DNA of 44,525 bases from an uncultured Janthinobacterium sp. (GTDB lineage Bacteria; Vulcanimicrobiota; Vulcanimicrobiia; Vulcanimicrobiales; Vulcanimicrobiaceae). Position 1 is the first letter of the stretch. Every line of letters begins with the position of its first letter. The translations under genes and the position numbers were made by a program. Where the stretch lies: contig CAZZXB010000001.1 of the NCBI GenBank assembly GCA_964658025.1, positions 13,320 to 57,844 of the forward strand, in the 5' to 3' direction. Shown piece by piece: positions 9,776-19,520 of the stretch. The notes under the pieces are model-generated. The model searched no databases, was not told where the DNA came from, and saw nothing but the letters and a program-made list of their open reading frames with translations.

Positions 9776-11434
9776 GTGACTCGCAAAAATTCGCATGCCT
9801 CGATCGACGCGACCGCACGTTCGCTCATGACGCCTGCGGCCGCAAACGCCGGCGCATCCGCGCGACTTCTCATTTGCTCGCTCCTCGCCGCAGGCTTGCA
9901 GAGTTGCGGCGGATCGAACGGGGGATCGCCGCCCGTTCCCTCGCCGAGTCCGACCGCGACGATTCCCGGCGTATCGACGCCGACGCTCAAAGTCACGACG
10001 TCCGCGGCGAGTATCACGACGTCGCAGGCGCTCGCCGTCACCGTGTCCGCGACGGCCGCGACCGGTTCGGCGCGGCCGTCCGGGACGATCTTCGTCACGA
10101 GCGGCGGCTACGGTTCGCTTCCCGCGACCCTCGCGAACGGAACGGCGACGGTGAGCTTCCCGGCGGGCGTGCTGCCGATCGGAACGGACACGTTGACCGC
10201 ACACTTCACGTCGAGTAACGCCGCCTCCATCGGCAACGCCTCCGGCACCGCGTCCGTCGCCGTGAAGGCGGGAATGTCGACCGCCGTCGCCGCGACGTCG
10301 ACGACCGTGGCCGCGATGGGTGCGCCGATCCAAGCGCTGCCGCTCGCCAACGGCGACGTCCTCGTTTCGATTTCCGTCGATCCGATGAATCCGGCCGGAA
10401 CGCGCAGCGGCGTCCAACTCTTCACGCCGGGCGCCGGAGGGCTCACCGCCGGATGCGTCAATCCGATCGCCGCCAGTAACGCGGTCGCGGGACTCGCGAT
10501 CGCGCCGAGCGGGGTCGACGTCGGGGCGACGGTCGAGGACGCCGGCGTCGACTTCCTCAACGAGACCGCGTTACAGACGTGCACCGCGACCGAGACGACG
10601 ATCCCGCAAGGCGCGAAGCCGGGCTCGTTCGCGCTCGCGATCACGCCCGACGGCCGCTACGCGTTCGTGGCGAACGAGTACGGCGTCGCTCCGGGTGCGA
10701 GCACGGACGGCAACGTCGGCGTCGTGGCGCTTCGCTACGACGGCAACGGCAACGTTTCGACGTCTAGCTCGATTCTGGGACAGATCGCGACCGGCGGGAG
10801 AGCCATCGCCGGGATCACCCTATCGCCCGACGGGAAGCGACTCTACGTAACGACCGAGATCGCATCGTCCACGTCGAGCGGCGCGGGAAGCGCGAGCCCG
10901 ATTCTCGCGCGTACCACCTGCGCTCAGGGAAGCCAGACGGGCGAGAACAACGGCCTGCTCACGGTGATCGACGTCGCGAAAGCCGAGGCTTCGGCGAACG
11001 CGTCGGCGATCGTTTCCACGGTCGACGCCGGCTGCTCGCCCGTACGGATCGCCGAAACGAAAGATCAAAACGTCGTCTGGGTCACCGCGCGCGGCGACGA
11101 TCGCGTGCTCGCGTTCAGCACGAGCATGCTGGAACGCGAGCCCGCGAACGCCTTGATTGGATACGGCGCGACGCAGGGCGTCGCGCCCGTCGGCATGCAG
11201 CTCTTCGATAACGACCGGCTCCTCGCCGTCGCGAATTCGAACCGCTTCAGCCAGCCGATCCAACCGGGAAACTTCACGATCCTCGACGCCGTGCCCGTCG
11301 CTCCGACGGTCGCCGCGACGCTGACGGCGTTGAACTTCCCGCGCGACGTGCAGGTCGGTCCCGACGGCACGACGCTGTACCTCACGGACTATTACTCGCA
11401 CGCCGTCCAGGTGATCAAGACGTCGGCGCAATGA
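9776..11434 (+). CDS. secreted lipoprotein with Ig-like domain and beta-propeller
   Basis: Lipobox-like LQSC, Pro/Ser/Thr linker, Big_3-like segment (PSGTIF...LPIGTDTLTAHF) and YVTN-like blades (ITPDGRYAFVANE, LSPDGKRLYV). Confidence 0.75.
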   Translation: MTRKNSHASIDATARSLMTPAAANAGASARLLICSLLAAGLQSCGGSNGGSPPVPSPSPTATIPGVSTPTLKVTTSAASITTSQALAVTVSATAATGSARPSGTIFVTSGGYGSLPATLANGTATVSFPAGVLPIGTDTLTAHFTSSNAASIGNASGTASVAVKAGMSTAVAATSTTVAAMGAPIQALPLANGDVLVSISVDPMNPAGTRSGVQLFTPGAGGLTAGCVNPIAASNAVAGLAIAPSGVDVGATVEDAGVDFLNETALQTCTATETTIPQGAKPGSFALAITPDGRYAFVANEYGVAPGASTDGNVGVVALRYDGNGNVSTSSSILGQIATGGRAIAGITLSPDGKRLYVTTEIASSTSSGAGSASPILARTTCAQGSQTGENNGLLTVIDVAKAEASANASAIVSTVDAGCSPVRIAETKDQNVVWVTARGDDRVLAFSTSMLEREPANALIGYGATQGVAPVGMQLFDNDRLLAVANSNRFSQPIQPGNFTILDAVPVAPTVAATLTALNFPRDVQVGPDGTTLYLTDYYSHAVQVIKTSAQ

Positions 11435-12704
11435 GGCGGCTGCGGAGCGTCGCGGCGGGTCCGGGTCGGGCGCCGCCGTACGCGACGGGACGTCGGTCGT
11501 CCGGTAACGCGCTAACGCCTCTCGGCGGTCGTTTCCGAATTCGCGCGAGACCCGAAAGGATCTCGTACCCCGCGACGACCCGCGCTTCGAGCGGATACGA
11601 ACGATTCGCGAGAAGGACGACGCCGATCTTCCTGCGCGGAACGAACGCGACGTACGCGCCGAATCCCGCGGTCGAGCCCGTCTTGTCGATCAGGACGTCC
11701 GCCCCCGGACGCGCCGGGGGGTCGAGTCGCGTCGCCCGGTCGTCCTCGAACACGACGCCGGGCGAATTCCCTCGGACGAGATCCGCGCGCGACGTGGGAT
11801 AGCGGTATTGCTCCCAGATGAGATCCTGCGTCATCGCCCCAACGCGAACGTATCCGATCTGCGTGGCGTCGATCGTACGCCGCAGCGTCGCGTCCATCGC
11901 GACGAGTCCCATCTCGGCTTCGACGAAGCGGAGCAGATCCGAAGCCGTCGTCCGAACGCCGTACGCTTCCGCGGCGAGCGGCCCCGGAATCATCCGCCGC
12001 GGCTTCCCCGCATCCGTATAGCCCTGCGCGTACCGTGAACGCGAGGCCGGCGGTACGACGTAGACGGTGTCGCGGAGACCCAACGGATCCAAGACGTCGC
12101 GCCGCATCGCGAGTTCGAACGGCGCGTCGAGACGTCGCGCGGCGATCGCGCCGAGCAACATGATACCCGTGTTCGAATAGAGGCGATACGCGCCCGCCGG
12201 ATGCGTCGGCTTCCAGGTCCGGTAGTAGGCCATCGCATCGGCATCGCTCCGCACGGCGTCCGGGAACTGGAGCGGCAGGCCGCCCGCCGTGTGCGTTCCC
12301 AAGTCGCGTAGGGAAATGCGATCGAAGCTCGTGCCGCGTAGCGGCGGGAAGTCCGCGCCCGCGCGATCGCCGAGGCGCAGTCTGCCGGTTTCCTGCGCGT
12401 ACGCGGCCAAGGTCGCGGTGAACGTCTTCGAGATGGAGCCGATTTCGAACAGCGTCGACCGCCCGACGCGCGCTCCGGTCGCTTTCGACGCGACGCCGTA
12501 CGCGAAGACGTCGTGACGTCCGGCCGCCGTCACGCCGACGGCCATCCCCGGGATGCCGTAGCGACGCATGACGGGGGCGACGGCCCGACCGACGATCGCT
12601 TCGATCGTAGCGCGCTCGCTCGGCGTCGCGGCGAGAATCCGCAGCGGCGACAGCGTCACGAACGCGCACGTGACGGCGACCACGAGACGCTTACCGCGTC
12701 GCAT
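11415..12704 (-). CDS. ampC: class C (AmpC-type) serine beta-lactamase
   Basis: Signal peptide; FEIGSISK (SxxK), YSN and KTG motifs; HTAGGLPLQFPD and EAYGVRT typical of class C; start ATG 12704. Confidence 0.85.
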   Translation of the reverse strand: MRRGKRLVVAVTCAFVTLSPLRILAATPSERATIEAIVGRAVAPVMRRYGIPGMAVGVTAAGRHDVFAYGVASKATGARVGRSTLFEIGSISKTFTATLAAYAQETGRLRLGDRAGADFPPLRGTSFDRISLRDLGTHTAGGLPLQFPDAVRSDADAMAYYRTWKPTHPAGAYRLYSNTGIMLLGAIAARRLDAPFELAMRRDVLDPLGLRDTVYVVPPASRSRYAQGYTDAGKPRRMIPGPLAAEAYGVRTTASDLLRFVEAEMGLVAMDATLRRTIDATQIGYVRVGAMTQDLIWEQYRYPTSRADLVRGNSPGVVFEDDRATRLDPPARPGADVLIDKTGSTAGFGAYVAFVPRRKIGVVLLANRSYPLEARVVAGYEILSGLARIRKRPPRGVSALPDDRRPVAYGGARPGPAATLRSRLIAPTS

Positions 12705-12820
12705 CGCGTGCGATACCACCTCCGAGCGCGTGAACCCCGTCGCCGGAACCCCTCCGGCGCCGTCTCGAATTCGCCCGTTCGGGGTCGCGATTCGGACGGC
12801 GCGAGTTTTTCGGCGACCGA

Positions 12821-13264
12821 TTACGCGAGGGCGAATTCGGCGCCGTCGCCGACCTTCACGTTGATGCGGACGTCGATGTTTCCGCGCGTCGCGTTCGAGT
12901 ACGGGCAGATCTGATGCGCGGCATCGACGAGCGACTTGGCCGTGTCGGCCGGCGTGACCGGAAGCTCGACGTGCAACGTGACCGCGAGGGCGAACCGACC
13001 CGTTTCGAGCCGCCCGATCCCGACCTCGGCCGTGGCCGTCGCCTTCCCGATTCCGACTTTTCGTTCGCCCGCGATGCGCTTGACCGCATTGAGGAAACAC
13101 GCCGCGTACCCCGCCGCGAAAAGCTGCTCGGGATTCGTTTTTCCGCCGGGACCGCCGAGACCGACCGGGTAGGCGAGTTGGAGATCGAGGAGTCCGTCGT
13201 CGGTACGAACGGAGCCGTCGCGGCCTCCGGTCGCCGTGGCTCGTGCCGTGTAGAGGATGTCCAT
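12821..13264 (-). CDS. ohr: organic hydroperoxide resistance protein
   Basis: LYTARATATGGRDG, TNPEQLFAAGYAACF and AHQICPYSNATRGN. Confidence 0.95.
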   Translation of the reverse strand: MDILYTARATATGGRDGSVRTDDGLLDLQLAYPVGLGGPGGKTNPEQLFAAGYAACFLNAVKRIAGERKVGIGKATATAEVGIGRLETGRFALAVTLHVELPVTPADTAKSLVDAAHQICPYSNATRGNIDVRINVKVGDGAEFALA

Positions 13265-13307
13265 GGCGCCGACCCTTCAGATCCGACATTCTCGCACCCT
13301 GCGCGCG

Positions 13308-13342
13308 AAAAAAAGCGCCGCTCGTCGTAAGACGAACGGCGC
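13308..13342 (-). terminator. Rho-independent terminator after the phasin-like gene
   Basis: GCGCCG-c-TCGTC-gtaa-GACGA-a-CGGCGC hairpin followed by T7 on the minus strand. Confidence 0.75.
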
Positions 13343-13361
13343 GAAAATCGGGCGGTAGAGC

Positions 13362-13646
13362 TTACGCTTTGGAGCCGACTTCGACCGGCTTGAGCAGCTC
13401 GGCGAGTTGCGTCGTGTACTGCTTCTGCTGTTCGAACACGTGCGACGCGAAGGTCGTGTTGAGCTCGGTGAGTTGCTGGATCGTCGGCACGCCTTCGAGC
13501 GTCGGCACCTGCGGGGTCGTCGGCATCTTCTCGACGAGTTCGCGGATCGAGGTCAGCGACGCGATGTGCGCGGCTTGGGCTTGCTTGAGGACTTCGAGAC
13601 CCTGCTCTTGGAGCTTCGAGAGCAATTCGAGGTAGTTGGAAGCCAT
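13362..13646 (-). CDS. small amphipathic helical protein, phasin/lipid-inclusion-associated-like
   Basis: 94 aa, Gln/Leu/Glu-rich helices around a Pro/Thr linker; strong AAGGAGA RBS; own promoter and terminator. Confidence 0.6.
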   Translation of the reverse strand: MASNYLELLSKLQEQGLEVLKQAQAAHIASLTSIRELVEKMPTTPQVPTLEGVPTIQQLTELNTTFASHVFEQQKQYTTQLAELLKPVEVGSKA

Positions 13647-13684
13647 GGTCGGTCTCCTTTGCCTTGCGGCGGCGGATGAGGTGT

Positions 13685-13726
13685 CAGTGCGTGCTAAGTA
13701 TACCAAGCACGCGCTGTATCCGTCAA
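13685..13726 (-). promoter_or_regulatory. promoter with overlapping palindromic operator
   Basis: TTGACG-N18-TATACT with extended -10 TG; inverted repeat CAGtGCGTGCT-N10-AGCACGCgCTG (13685-13716) straddles the -10. Confidence 0.7.
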
Positions 13727-14088
13727 GCCTTTTCGACGAAGCCGCGGTAGATTCGGATCAGGGTCTCCTTCTGATCGTTCGAGAGGCGCCCGTCGAGGCC
13801 GATCACCCGTTCCACGCTCCCGGCGCCCGCCTCCCCCGGCGCCTCGACCGTGGAATCGAGAAGACCCGCTCGCTCGTACATCGTCTCGGCCGAGATATTG
13901 AGCGCCGTGGCGATGTTCCGCAGGACGTCGGCGGAGGGCTTGTACATCCCGCGCTCGACCTGGCTCAGGTAGGGATTGGAGACCTTCGCGATCTCGGCGA
14001 GTTGCCGCAGCGAGAGGTTCGCGAGCTCGCGCTGGCTCTTGATGAAGAGCCCGACGCCGCCCCAGATCGGATCGACTTTATCCGCCAT
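13723..14088 (-). CDS. XRE-family HTH regulator (Rv0474/MLDSR-like)
   Basis: FIKSQRELANLSLRQLAEIAKVSNPYLSQVERGMYKPSADVL...YERAGLL and C-terminal LSNDQKETLIRIYRGF. Confidence 0.85.
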   Translation of the reverse strand: MADKVDPIWGGVGLFIKSQRELANLSLRQLAEIAKVSNPYLSQVERGMYKPSADVLRNIATALNISAETMYERAGLLDSTVEAPGEAGAGSVERVIGLDGRLSNDQKETLIRIYRGFVEKA

Positions 14089-14342
14089 CGTTCTCCGTCA
14101 CGTCCACTGCCTTGCGAACGTACCGGCCGGGCGCGATATCTCCCTGTGGCGCACCGTCGCGGATCGTCCGTCGCTTCGTCGCGGGCGATCGCGTTCCGAA
14201 GGCTCGTCCGATCTCGCGATACTCGTCGGCGTGCCCACCCGGCGCGCGACCGTCGCGAACGCGTCGGCGTCGCGCCCACGATCGCATCGGCGACGAACCC
14301 GCCGTGTCGCCGATGCGAGGCCGGTCCGTGCCCCGATCTCGC

Positions 14343-15641
14343 CTACGCTCGCATCGGTGACGAGACCGTCGTCCGGCGTCCCGCAACGAACGTCGCCGTC
14401 GGTCCGCCGGGGATCGTCGCGAACACGTAACGATCGAGCGCGTCCGGATCGGCTTCGCCCGTCGCGAGCGCGACGAAGTCCGCGCGCGCGCCGACGGCGA
14501 TCCGTCCCGCGGCGCGCCCGAGGGCGCGCGCGCCGCCGACGCACGCGGCGCGATAGAGCGTCTCCGCGCACGACGATCCGACGCGTCGCGCGGCGATCTG
14601 CCGGCTCCGCGAGACGAGGCGTTGGCCGTATTCGAGCCAGCGGAGTTCCTCCACGACGCTGACGCTCGCGTTACTGTCGGAGCCGATCGCGAGCGCGCCG
14701 CCGTCGTCGAGGTATGCGGCGAGCGGGAAGAGTCCGTCGCCGAGGTTCGCTTCGGTCGTCGGGCAGAGCCCCGCGATCGCGCCGCCGCGCGCGAGCCCGC
14801 GGCGTTCGCCGTCGTCGAGGTGCGTCGCGTGGACGAGACACCAGCGCGCGTCGACGTCGAAGTTCGCGAGCAGCCACGCGACGGGACGCGCGCCGAGCGC
14901 GCGCGAGACGGCTTCGACCTCGCGTTCTTGTTCGGCGATGTGGAGATGGATCGGAACGTCCGCCGGACCGCCGTCGACGAGCGCGCGCAATTCGTCCGGC
15001 GTTACCGCGCGAAGCGAGTGCGCGCAGACGCCCACCACGACGTCGCGATCGTTCGCGTACGCGCGCCGCACGTCGTCCGAGAGCGCGAGAATCTCGTCGA
15101 CGCTCGTCTCGAATCGCGCGCGCCGCGCGTCGAGCGGCGTCCCGCCCGCGTCGCCGTGCGCGTAGAGCGCGGGCAAGAGCGCGATCGCGATCCCGACGTC
15201 GCGCGCCGCGGCGACGAGCGCGAGCGACATCGCGGCACGCTCGTCGTACCACGCCCCGCCGGGCGCGCGATGGAGGTAATGGAATTCCGCGACCGAGGTG
15301 TACCCCGCCGCGAGCATCGTCGCGTAGGCGTCGCGTGCGATCGCGTAGAGACGATCGGGATCGAGCTCGTTCGCGAGCGCGTACATCGCGTCGCGCCACG
15401 TCCAAAAATCGTCGCGCGCGTGGGCGCGCCGTTCCGCGCGGCCGGCCATCGCGCGTTGGAAGGCGTGACTGTGGACGTTCGGCATTCCGGCGAGCAACAC
15501 GTCGGCGCGCTCGTCCGCCTCCGCGGCGCTTCGATCGACCTCCGCCGTCACGCTCGCGATCGTGCCGTCGAGCGCGACGTCGACGAGCACGTCCGACGCC
15601 CATCCTTCGGGGAGGAACGCACGCGACGCGAAAAGCCTCAT
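14343..15641 (-). CDS. hutF: formimidoylglutamate deiminase
   Basis: MPNVHSHAFQRAMAG, VAEFHYLH, AHSLRAV, HIAEQEREV, CPTTEANLGDG and IGSDS. Confidence 0.93.
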   Translation of the reverse strand: MRLFASRAFLPEGWASDVLVDVALDGTIASVTAEVDRSAAEADERADVLLAGMPNVHSHAFQRAMAGRAERRAHARDDFWTWRDAMYALANELDPDRLYAIARDAYATMLAAGYTSVAEFHYLHRAPGGAWYDERAAMSLALVAAARDVGIAIALLPALYAHGDAGGTPLDARRARFETSVDEILALSDDVRRAYANDRDVVVGVCAHSLRAVTPDELRALVDGGPADVPIHLHIAEQEREVEAVSRALGARPVAWLLANFDVDARWCLVHATHLDDGERRGLARGGAIAGLCPTTEANLGDGLFPLAAYLDDGGALAIGSDSNASVSVVEELRWLEYGQRLVSRSRQIAARRVGSSCAETLYRAACVGGARALGRAAGRIAVGARADFVALATGEADPDALDRYVFATIPGGPTATFVAGRRTTVSSPMRA

Positions 15642-15643
15642 CC

Positions 15644-16927
15644 GTGCCTCTCTACGACACGCTCTGGACGCGGGCCCACATCGCGACGATGCGCGCGGGC
15701 GACGTCCCGTTCGGCTCGATCCCCGACGGCGCGATCGCGTCGCGCGACGGACGGATCGCATGGGTCGGCGCGACGCGCGATCTCCCGGGCACGCCGGCAG
15801 ACCTCGCGGAACGCGTCGTCGACGCGCGCGGCAGACTCATCGCGCCGGGCTTCGTGGATCCGCACACGCACCTCGTGTTCGCGGGCGATCGCATCGCGGA
15901 TTTCGAGCGGCGCAACGCGGGCGGATCGTACGTCGCCGCGGCGCGCGGCGGAAGCGGGATCGCGCATACCGTCGCGCTCACGCGGGCGGCGAGCGAGGGC
16001 GATCTCCTCGCCGGCGCGGAGCGCCGCTTGCGTCGGATGGTCGCGGGCGGCACGACGACGGTCGAGATCAAATCCGGATACGGTCTCGACGTCGAGACGG
16101 AATTGCGCATGCTCCGCGTCGCGCGCGAACTCGGCGAGCGGGTCGGCGTGAGCGTCCGCGCGACGTACCTCGGCGCGCACGTCGTACCGACCGAATTCGC
16201 CGAGCGTCGGGAGACGTATCTCGATCTCGTCTGCGACGTGATGATCCCGCGCATCGCGCGAGACGGGCTCGCGGACGCCGTCGACGTCTTCTGCGACTCG
16301 ATCGCCTTCGCGCCGGCCGAGACGGCGCGCGTCTTCGAGGCGGCCGCACGCGCCGGGCTCGCCGTCAAGGCGCACGCCGATCAACTCGCCGACACGGGTG
16401 CGGCCGAGATCGCCGCACGCCACCGCGCGCTCTCCGCGGATCATCTCGAACACGCGAGCGATGCCGGGATCGCCGCGCTCGCGCGCGCGGGGACCGTCGC
16501 CGTCGTGCTGCCGGGCGCGTACTATTATTTGAACGAGACGACGAAGCCGCCGATCGCGACGCTCCGCGCGCGCGGGGTCCCGATGGCGCTCGCGACCGAT
16601 TGCAATCCCGGCACGTCGCCCGTGCTCGCGATGACGACGATCCTGAACATGGCCTGCGTGCTCTTCGGTTTCTCACCCGAAGAAGCGATCGCGGGTGCGA
16701 CGCGTCACGCCGCCCGCGCGCTCGGTCTCGACGATCGCGGCGAGCTCCGCGTCGGCGCCCGTTGCGATCTCGCGATCTGGGATGCGAGCGACCCGGCGGA
16801 ACTCTGTTATTGGCTGGGCGACGCGCCGTGCTCGTCCGTCGTCGTTCGCGGAGAGACGCTCGGACGCGGACCGCGGGGACCGGCGTCGCTCGCCGACGCG
16901 CGACGGCGAACCTCACGGGATCGCTAA
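15644..16927 (+). CDS. hutI: imidazolonepropionase
   Basis: PGFVDPHTHLVFAG, EIKSGYGLD, HADQL, ADHLE and ATDCNPGTSP; GTG start at 15644 retains the conserved DTLW...ATM N-terminus. Confidence 0.93.
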   Translation: MPLYDTLWTRAHIATMRAGDVPFGSIPDGAIASRDGRIAWVGATRDLPGTPADLAERVVDARGRLIAPGFVDPHTHLVFAGDRIADFERRNAGGSYVAAARGGSGIAHTVALTRAASEGDLLAGAERRLRRMVAGGTTTVEIKSGYGLDVETELRMLRVARELGERVGVSVRATYLGAHVVPTEFAERRETYLDLVCDVMIPRIARDGLADAVDVFCDSIAFAPAETARVFEAAARAGLAVKAHADQLADTGAAEIAARHRALSADHLEHASDAGIAALARAGTVAVVLPGAYYYLNETTKPPIATLRARGVPMALATDCNPGTSPVLAMTTILNMACVLFGFSPEEAIAGATRHAARALGLDDRGELRVGARCDLAIWDASDPAELCYWLGDAPCSSVVVRGETLGRGPRGPASLADARRRTSRDR

Positions 16928-17115
16928 CGGCGCGGCGATCCGGGTTTGCGCCCGAATTCCGACGCGCGAGTCGGTGCGAGATTCGTCGCACGTTCCGTAT
17001 CCCGACGCGGATCGTTCGCACGCGACGTCATGCTTTAATGGGACCGCGCGCATTTTTTTTGTGACGCCGCATCGTATCGCGAGGCACGGGTCGGCGTGTA
17101 TCGAAATGCGGACGC

Positions 17116-18372
17116 ATGCCGAATTTGCAACGCCCCGACGTCGCCGAACTTCACGACCGACTGACGACATTCGTTCGCGACGTCGTCGATCCGGGCGAGC
17201 GCACGTATTGGGAACAACACGCCGCCGGAAGCGATCGCTGGGCGATTCCGCCCGTCATGGAAGAGATGAAGGCGCGCGCGCGCGCCGAGGGTTTGTGGAA
17301 TCTGTTCCTGCCCGAGAGCGAGTACGGCGCGGGTCTGACCAACCGCGAGTACGCGCCCCTCTGCGAGATCATGGGCCGCTCGGCGATCGCACCCGAAGTC
17401 TTCAACTGCAACGCACCCGACACGGGCAACATGGAAGTGCTCGTCCGCTACGGTACGCCGGAGCAAAAGAAACGCTGGCTCGAGCCGCTCCTCGCGGGCG
17501 AGATCCGCTCCGGCTTCGCGATGACCGAACCCGACGTCGCGTCGTCGGATGCGACGAACATCCGGGCCAAGATCGTCCGCGACGGCGACCATTACGTGAT
17601 CGACGCGCGGAAATGGTGGACGACGGGCGCCATGGATCCGCGGTGTAAGATCCTCATCTTCATGGGCCTCACCGATCCGAGCGCGGAGCCGCGCCTGCAG
17701 CAGTCGATGATCCTCGTGCCGATGGATACGCCCGGCGTCTCGATCGTGCGGCCGCTCACCGTGTTCGGATACGACGAGGCGCCGCACGGCCACGCCGAGA
17801 TGCGCTTCGACGCGGTCCGCGTCCCGGCGACGAACATCTTACTCGGAGAAGGTCGCGGATTCGAGATCGCGCAGGGGCGCTTGGGGCCCGGCCGCATCCA
17901 TCACTGCATGCGACTCATCGGTGCCGCCGAACGCGCGCTCGAGCAGATGTGCGAACGCGTGCTCTCGCGCGACGCATTCGGTAAACCGCTCGCCGAACAA
18001 GGCGTCGTTCGGGAGTGGATCGCCGACTCGCGCATCGAGATCGATCAGGCACGGCTGCTCACGCTGCACGCCGCGGAGACGATGGACGAACGCGGCAACA
18101 AGGCGGCGCGCGCCGAGATCGCGATGATCAAGGTCGTCGCGCCGAGCATGGCGCTCCGCGTGATCGATCGCGCGATTCAGGCCTTCGGTGCCGCCGGCGT
18201 CTCGGCCGATCCGGGTCTCGCCTCGGCGTGGGCGCTCGCGCGAACGCTCCGCCTCGCCGACGGTCCCGACGAAGTCCACCGCGGGACGGTCGCGAAGCTC
18301 GAGCTCGCCAAGTACAAGGGCGTGCCGAAGCGCGATAACGTGCGCGAGCGCAACGGCGCGACGAAACACTAA
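17116..18372 (+). CDS. acyl-CoA dehydrogenase, ACAD10/11 (LvaC-type) subfamily
   Basis: [44 protein letters not shown] and [10 protein letters not shown]. Confidence 0.9.
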   Translation: MPNLQRPDVAELHDRLTTFVRDVVDPGERTYWEQHAAGSDRWAIPPVMEEMKARARAEGLWNLFLPESEYGAGLTNREYAPLCEIMGRSAIAPEVFNCNAPDTGNMEVLVRYGTPEQKKRWLEPLLAGEIRSGFAMTEPDVASSDATNIRAKIVRDGDHYVIDARKWWTTGAMDPRCKILIFMGLTDPSAEPRLQQSMILVPMDTPGVSIVRPLTVFGYDEAPHGHAEMRFDAVRVPATNILLGEGRGFEIAQGRLGPGRIHHCMRLIGAAERALEQMCERVLSRDAFGKPLAEQGVVREWIADSRIEIDQARLLTLHAAETMDERGNKAARAEIAMIKVVAPSMALRVIDRAIQAFGAAGVSADPGLASAWALARTLRLADGPDEVHRGTVAKLELAKYKGVPKRDNVRERNGATKH

Positions 18373-18389
18373 CGCGCCGATCTCCGGTC

Positions 18390-18432
18390 AAAAAAAACGA
18401 GCCGCGGATTTCGCCGCGGCTCGTTTTTTTTT
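18390..18432. terminator. bidirectional Rho-independent terminator
   Basis: A8-CGAGCCGCGG-atttcg-CCGCGGCTCG-T9 between convergent genes. Confidence 0.92.
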
Positions 18433-18450
18433 CGTTCCGACGCTCGGAAC

Positions 18451-19386
18451 TTACTTACCGATGTGGATGTCCAACGATGCAGCGGCGTAGGCCCGGTGCA
18501 GACCGTTCGGAAGCAGAAACGGATTGTTCTGCTCGAGGTGATACTGTGAGAGACTGTCGATGCTGACTTGGAAGGTCAGGTACTTATCGATCGGCTTGAC
18601 GAGACCGTAGTCCGCGAGATGGTAGTAATACGGGCTCACGGTGTTGTCGAAATAATCGAACGCACCGATGCCGTAGAAGCCGTAGACGAGCAACCCGCCA
18701 CTGAGCGGAACGACCGCCTTGAGCCCGTACCACGACGGGAATCGCGCGGTGCCGCCGTTGGGCGTGATGCCGTTGGCCGCTTCGCTCGCTTGATACGCGG
18801 CGCTGTTGTGCCAGAGATTGTGCGTCACGTGACCGCTGAGCGTGAATTGGGTTCCGTTGAGCGCCTTGATCGCGGGAGACGACAGATTGACTTGCACGAA
18901 TTGCCCGTGCCAGGTCGTCGGCGTGAGGTTGCCGCTCTGCGCGGCGTTGGGACAGCAGACGCGCCACCGGTAGTTGTAACCGGCCGAAGCGCTGACGTAC
19001 TTATTGAAGCCGTAATTCAGGCGGATCTCTTCGAACGCGTCGTTGATCGATCCGGGAACGACGAGCGCTCCGCCTGCGAGTCCGGCCGAACCGATGGTCA
19101 CGTCGTAGCCCGACGTGCGGTCCTGTTGTAATTGTAACGTCAGGTTCTTGGCGAGCGGCTGCGTGAACAAGAAGTTGAACTTCACGTCGCCGTTCTGAAA
19201 CGGGTTGCCGCCGGGAAGGGCTTTCTCGTCGTCGCCGGTCGCGAACGTCGCCGTCGGGGTGATGTCGAGGGAGGGCGTATAATCGGTGCTACCCGCCGCG
19301 GCGATCCCGCAGGTGGTCGCGAGTCCGGCAATTACGGCGGCGCAGCCGAACAAACGCCTGATGAATTGGGTCACGTCGAAGCGCAT
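18451..19386 (-). CDS. exported protein, probable outer-membrane beta-barrel
   Basis: Signal peptide; alternating aromatic/polar beta-strands (IRLNYGF, SAGYNYRW, LVYGFYG); AAGGAA RBS before ATG 19386. Confidence 0.6.
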   Translation of the reverse strand: MRFDVTQFIRRLFGCAAVIAGLATTCGIAAAGSTDYTPSLDITPTATFATGDDEKALPGGNPFQNGDVKFNFLFTQPLAKNLTLQLQQDRTSGYDVTIGSAGLAGGALVVPGSINDAFEEIRLNYGFNKYVSASAGYNYRWRVCCPNAAQSGNLTPTTWHGQFVQVNLSSPAIKALNGTQFTLSGHVTHNLWHNSAAYQASEAANGITPNGGTARFPSWYGLKAVVPLSGGLLVYGFYGIGAFDYFDNTVSPYYYHLADYGLVKPIDKYLTFQVSIDSLSQYHLEQNNPFLLPNGLHRAYAAASLDIHIGK

Positions 19387-19520
19387 AAGTATGCGTTTCC
19401 TTTCTTGTCTTGGGCGAAGACGCCGCGATCCTCGTACGATGCCGCGGCGTCCGAAAGGGCACGCGCCACGAAATGTGGCGCGCGCCATTCGAGATCCGGT
19501 CGCGTTCGCGACCGATTGGA

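Noticed and set aside
13660..14117. TGCCTTGCG 9-mer upstream of both the phasin-like gene and the XRE gene
   Set aside because: Too short and GC-rich to separate from chance without comparative data.
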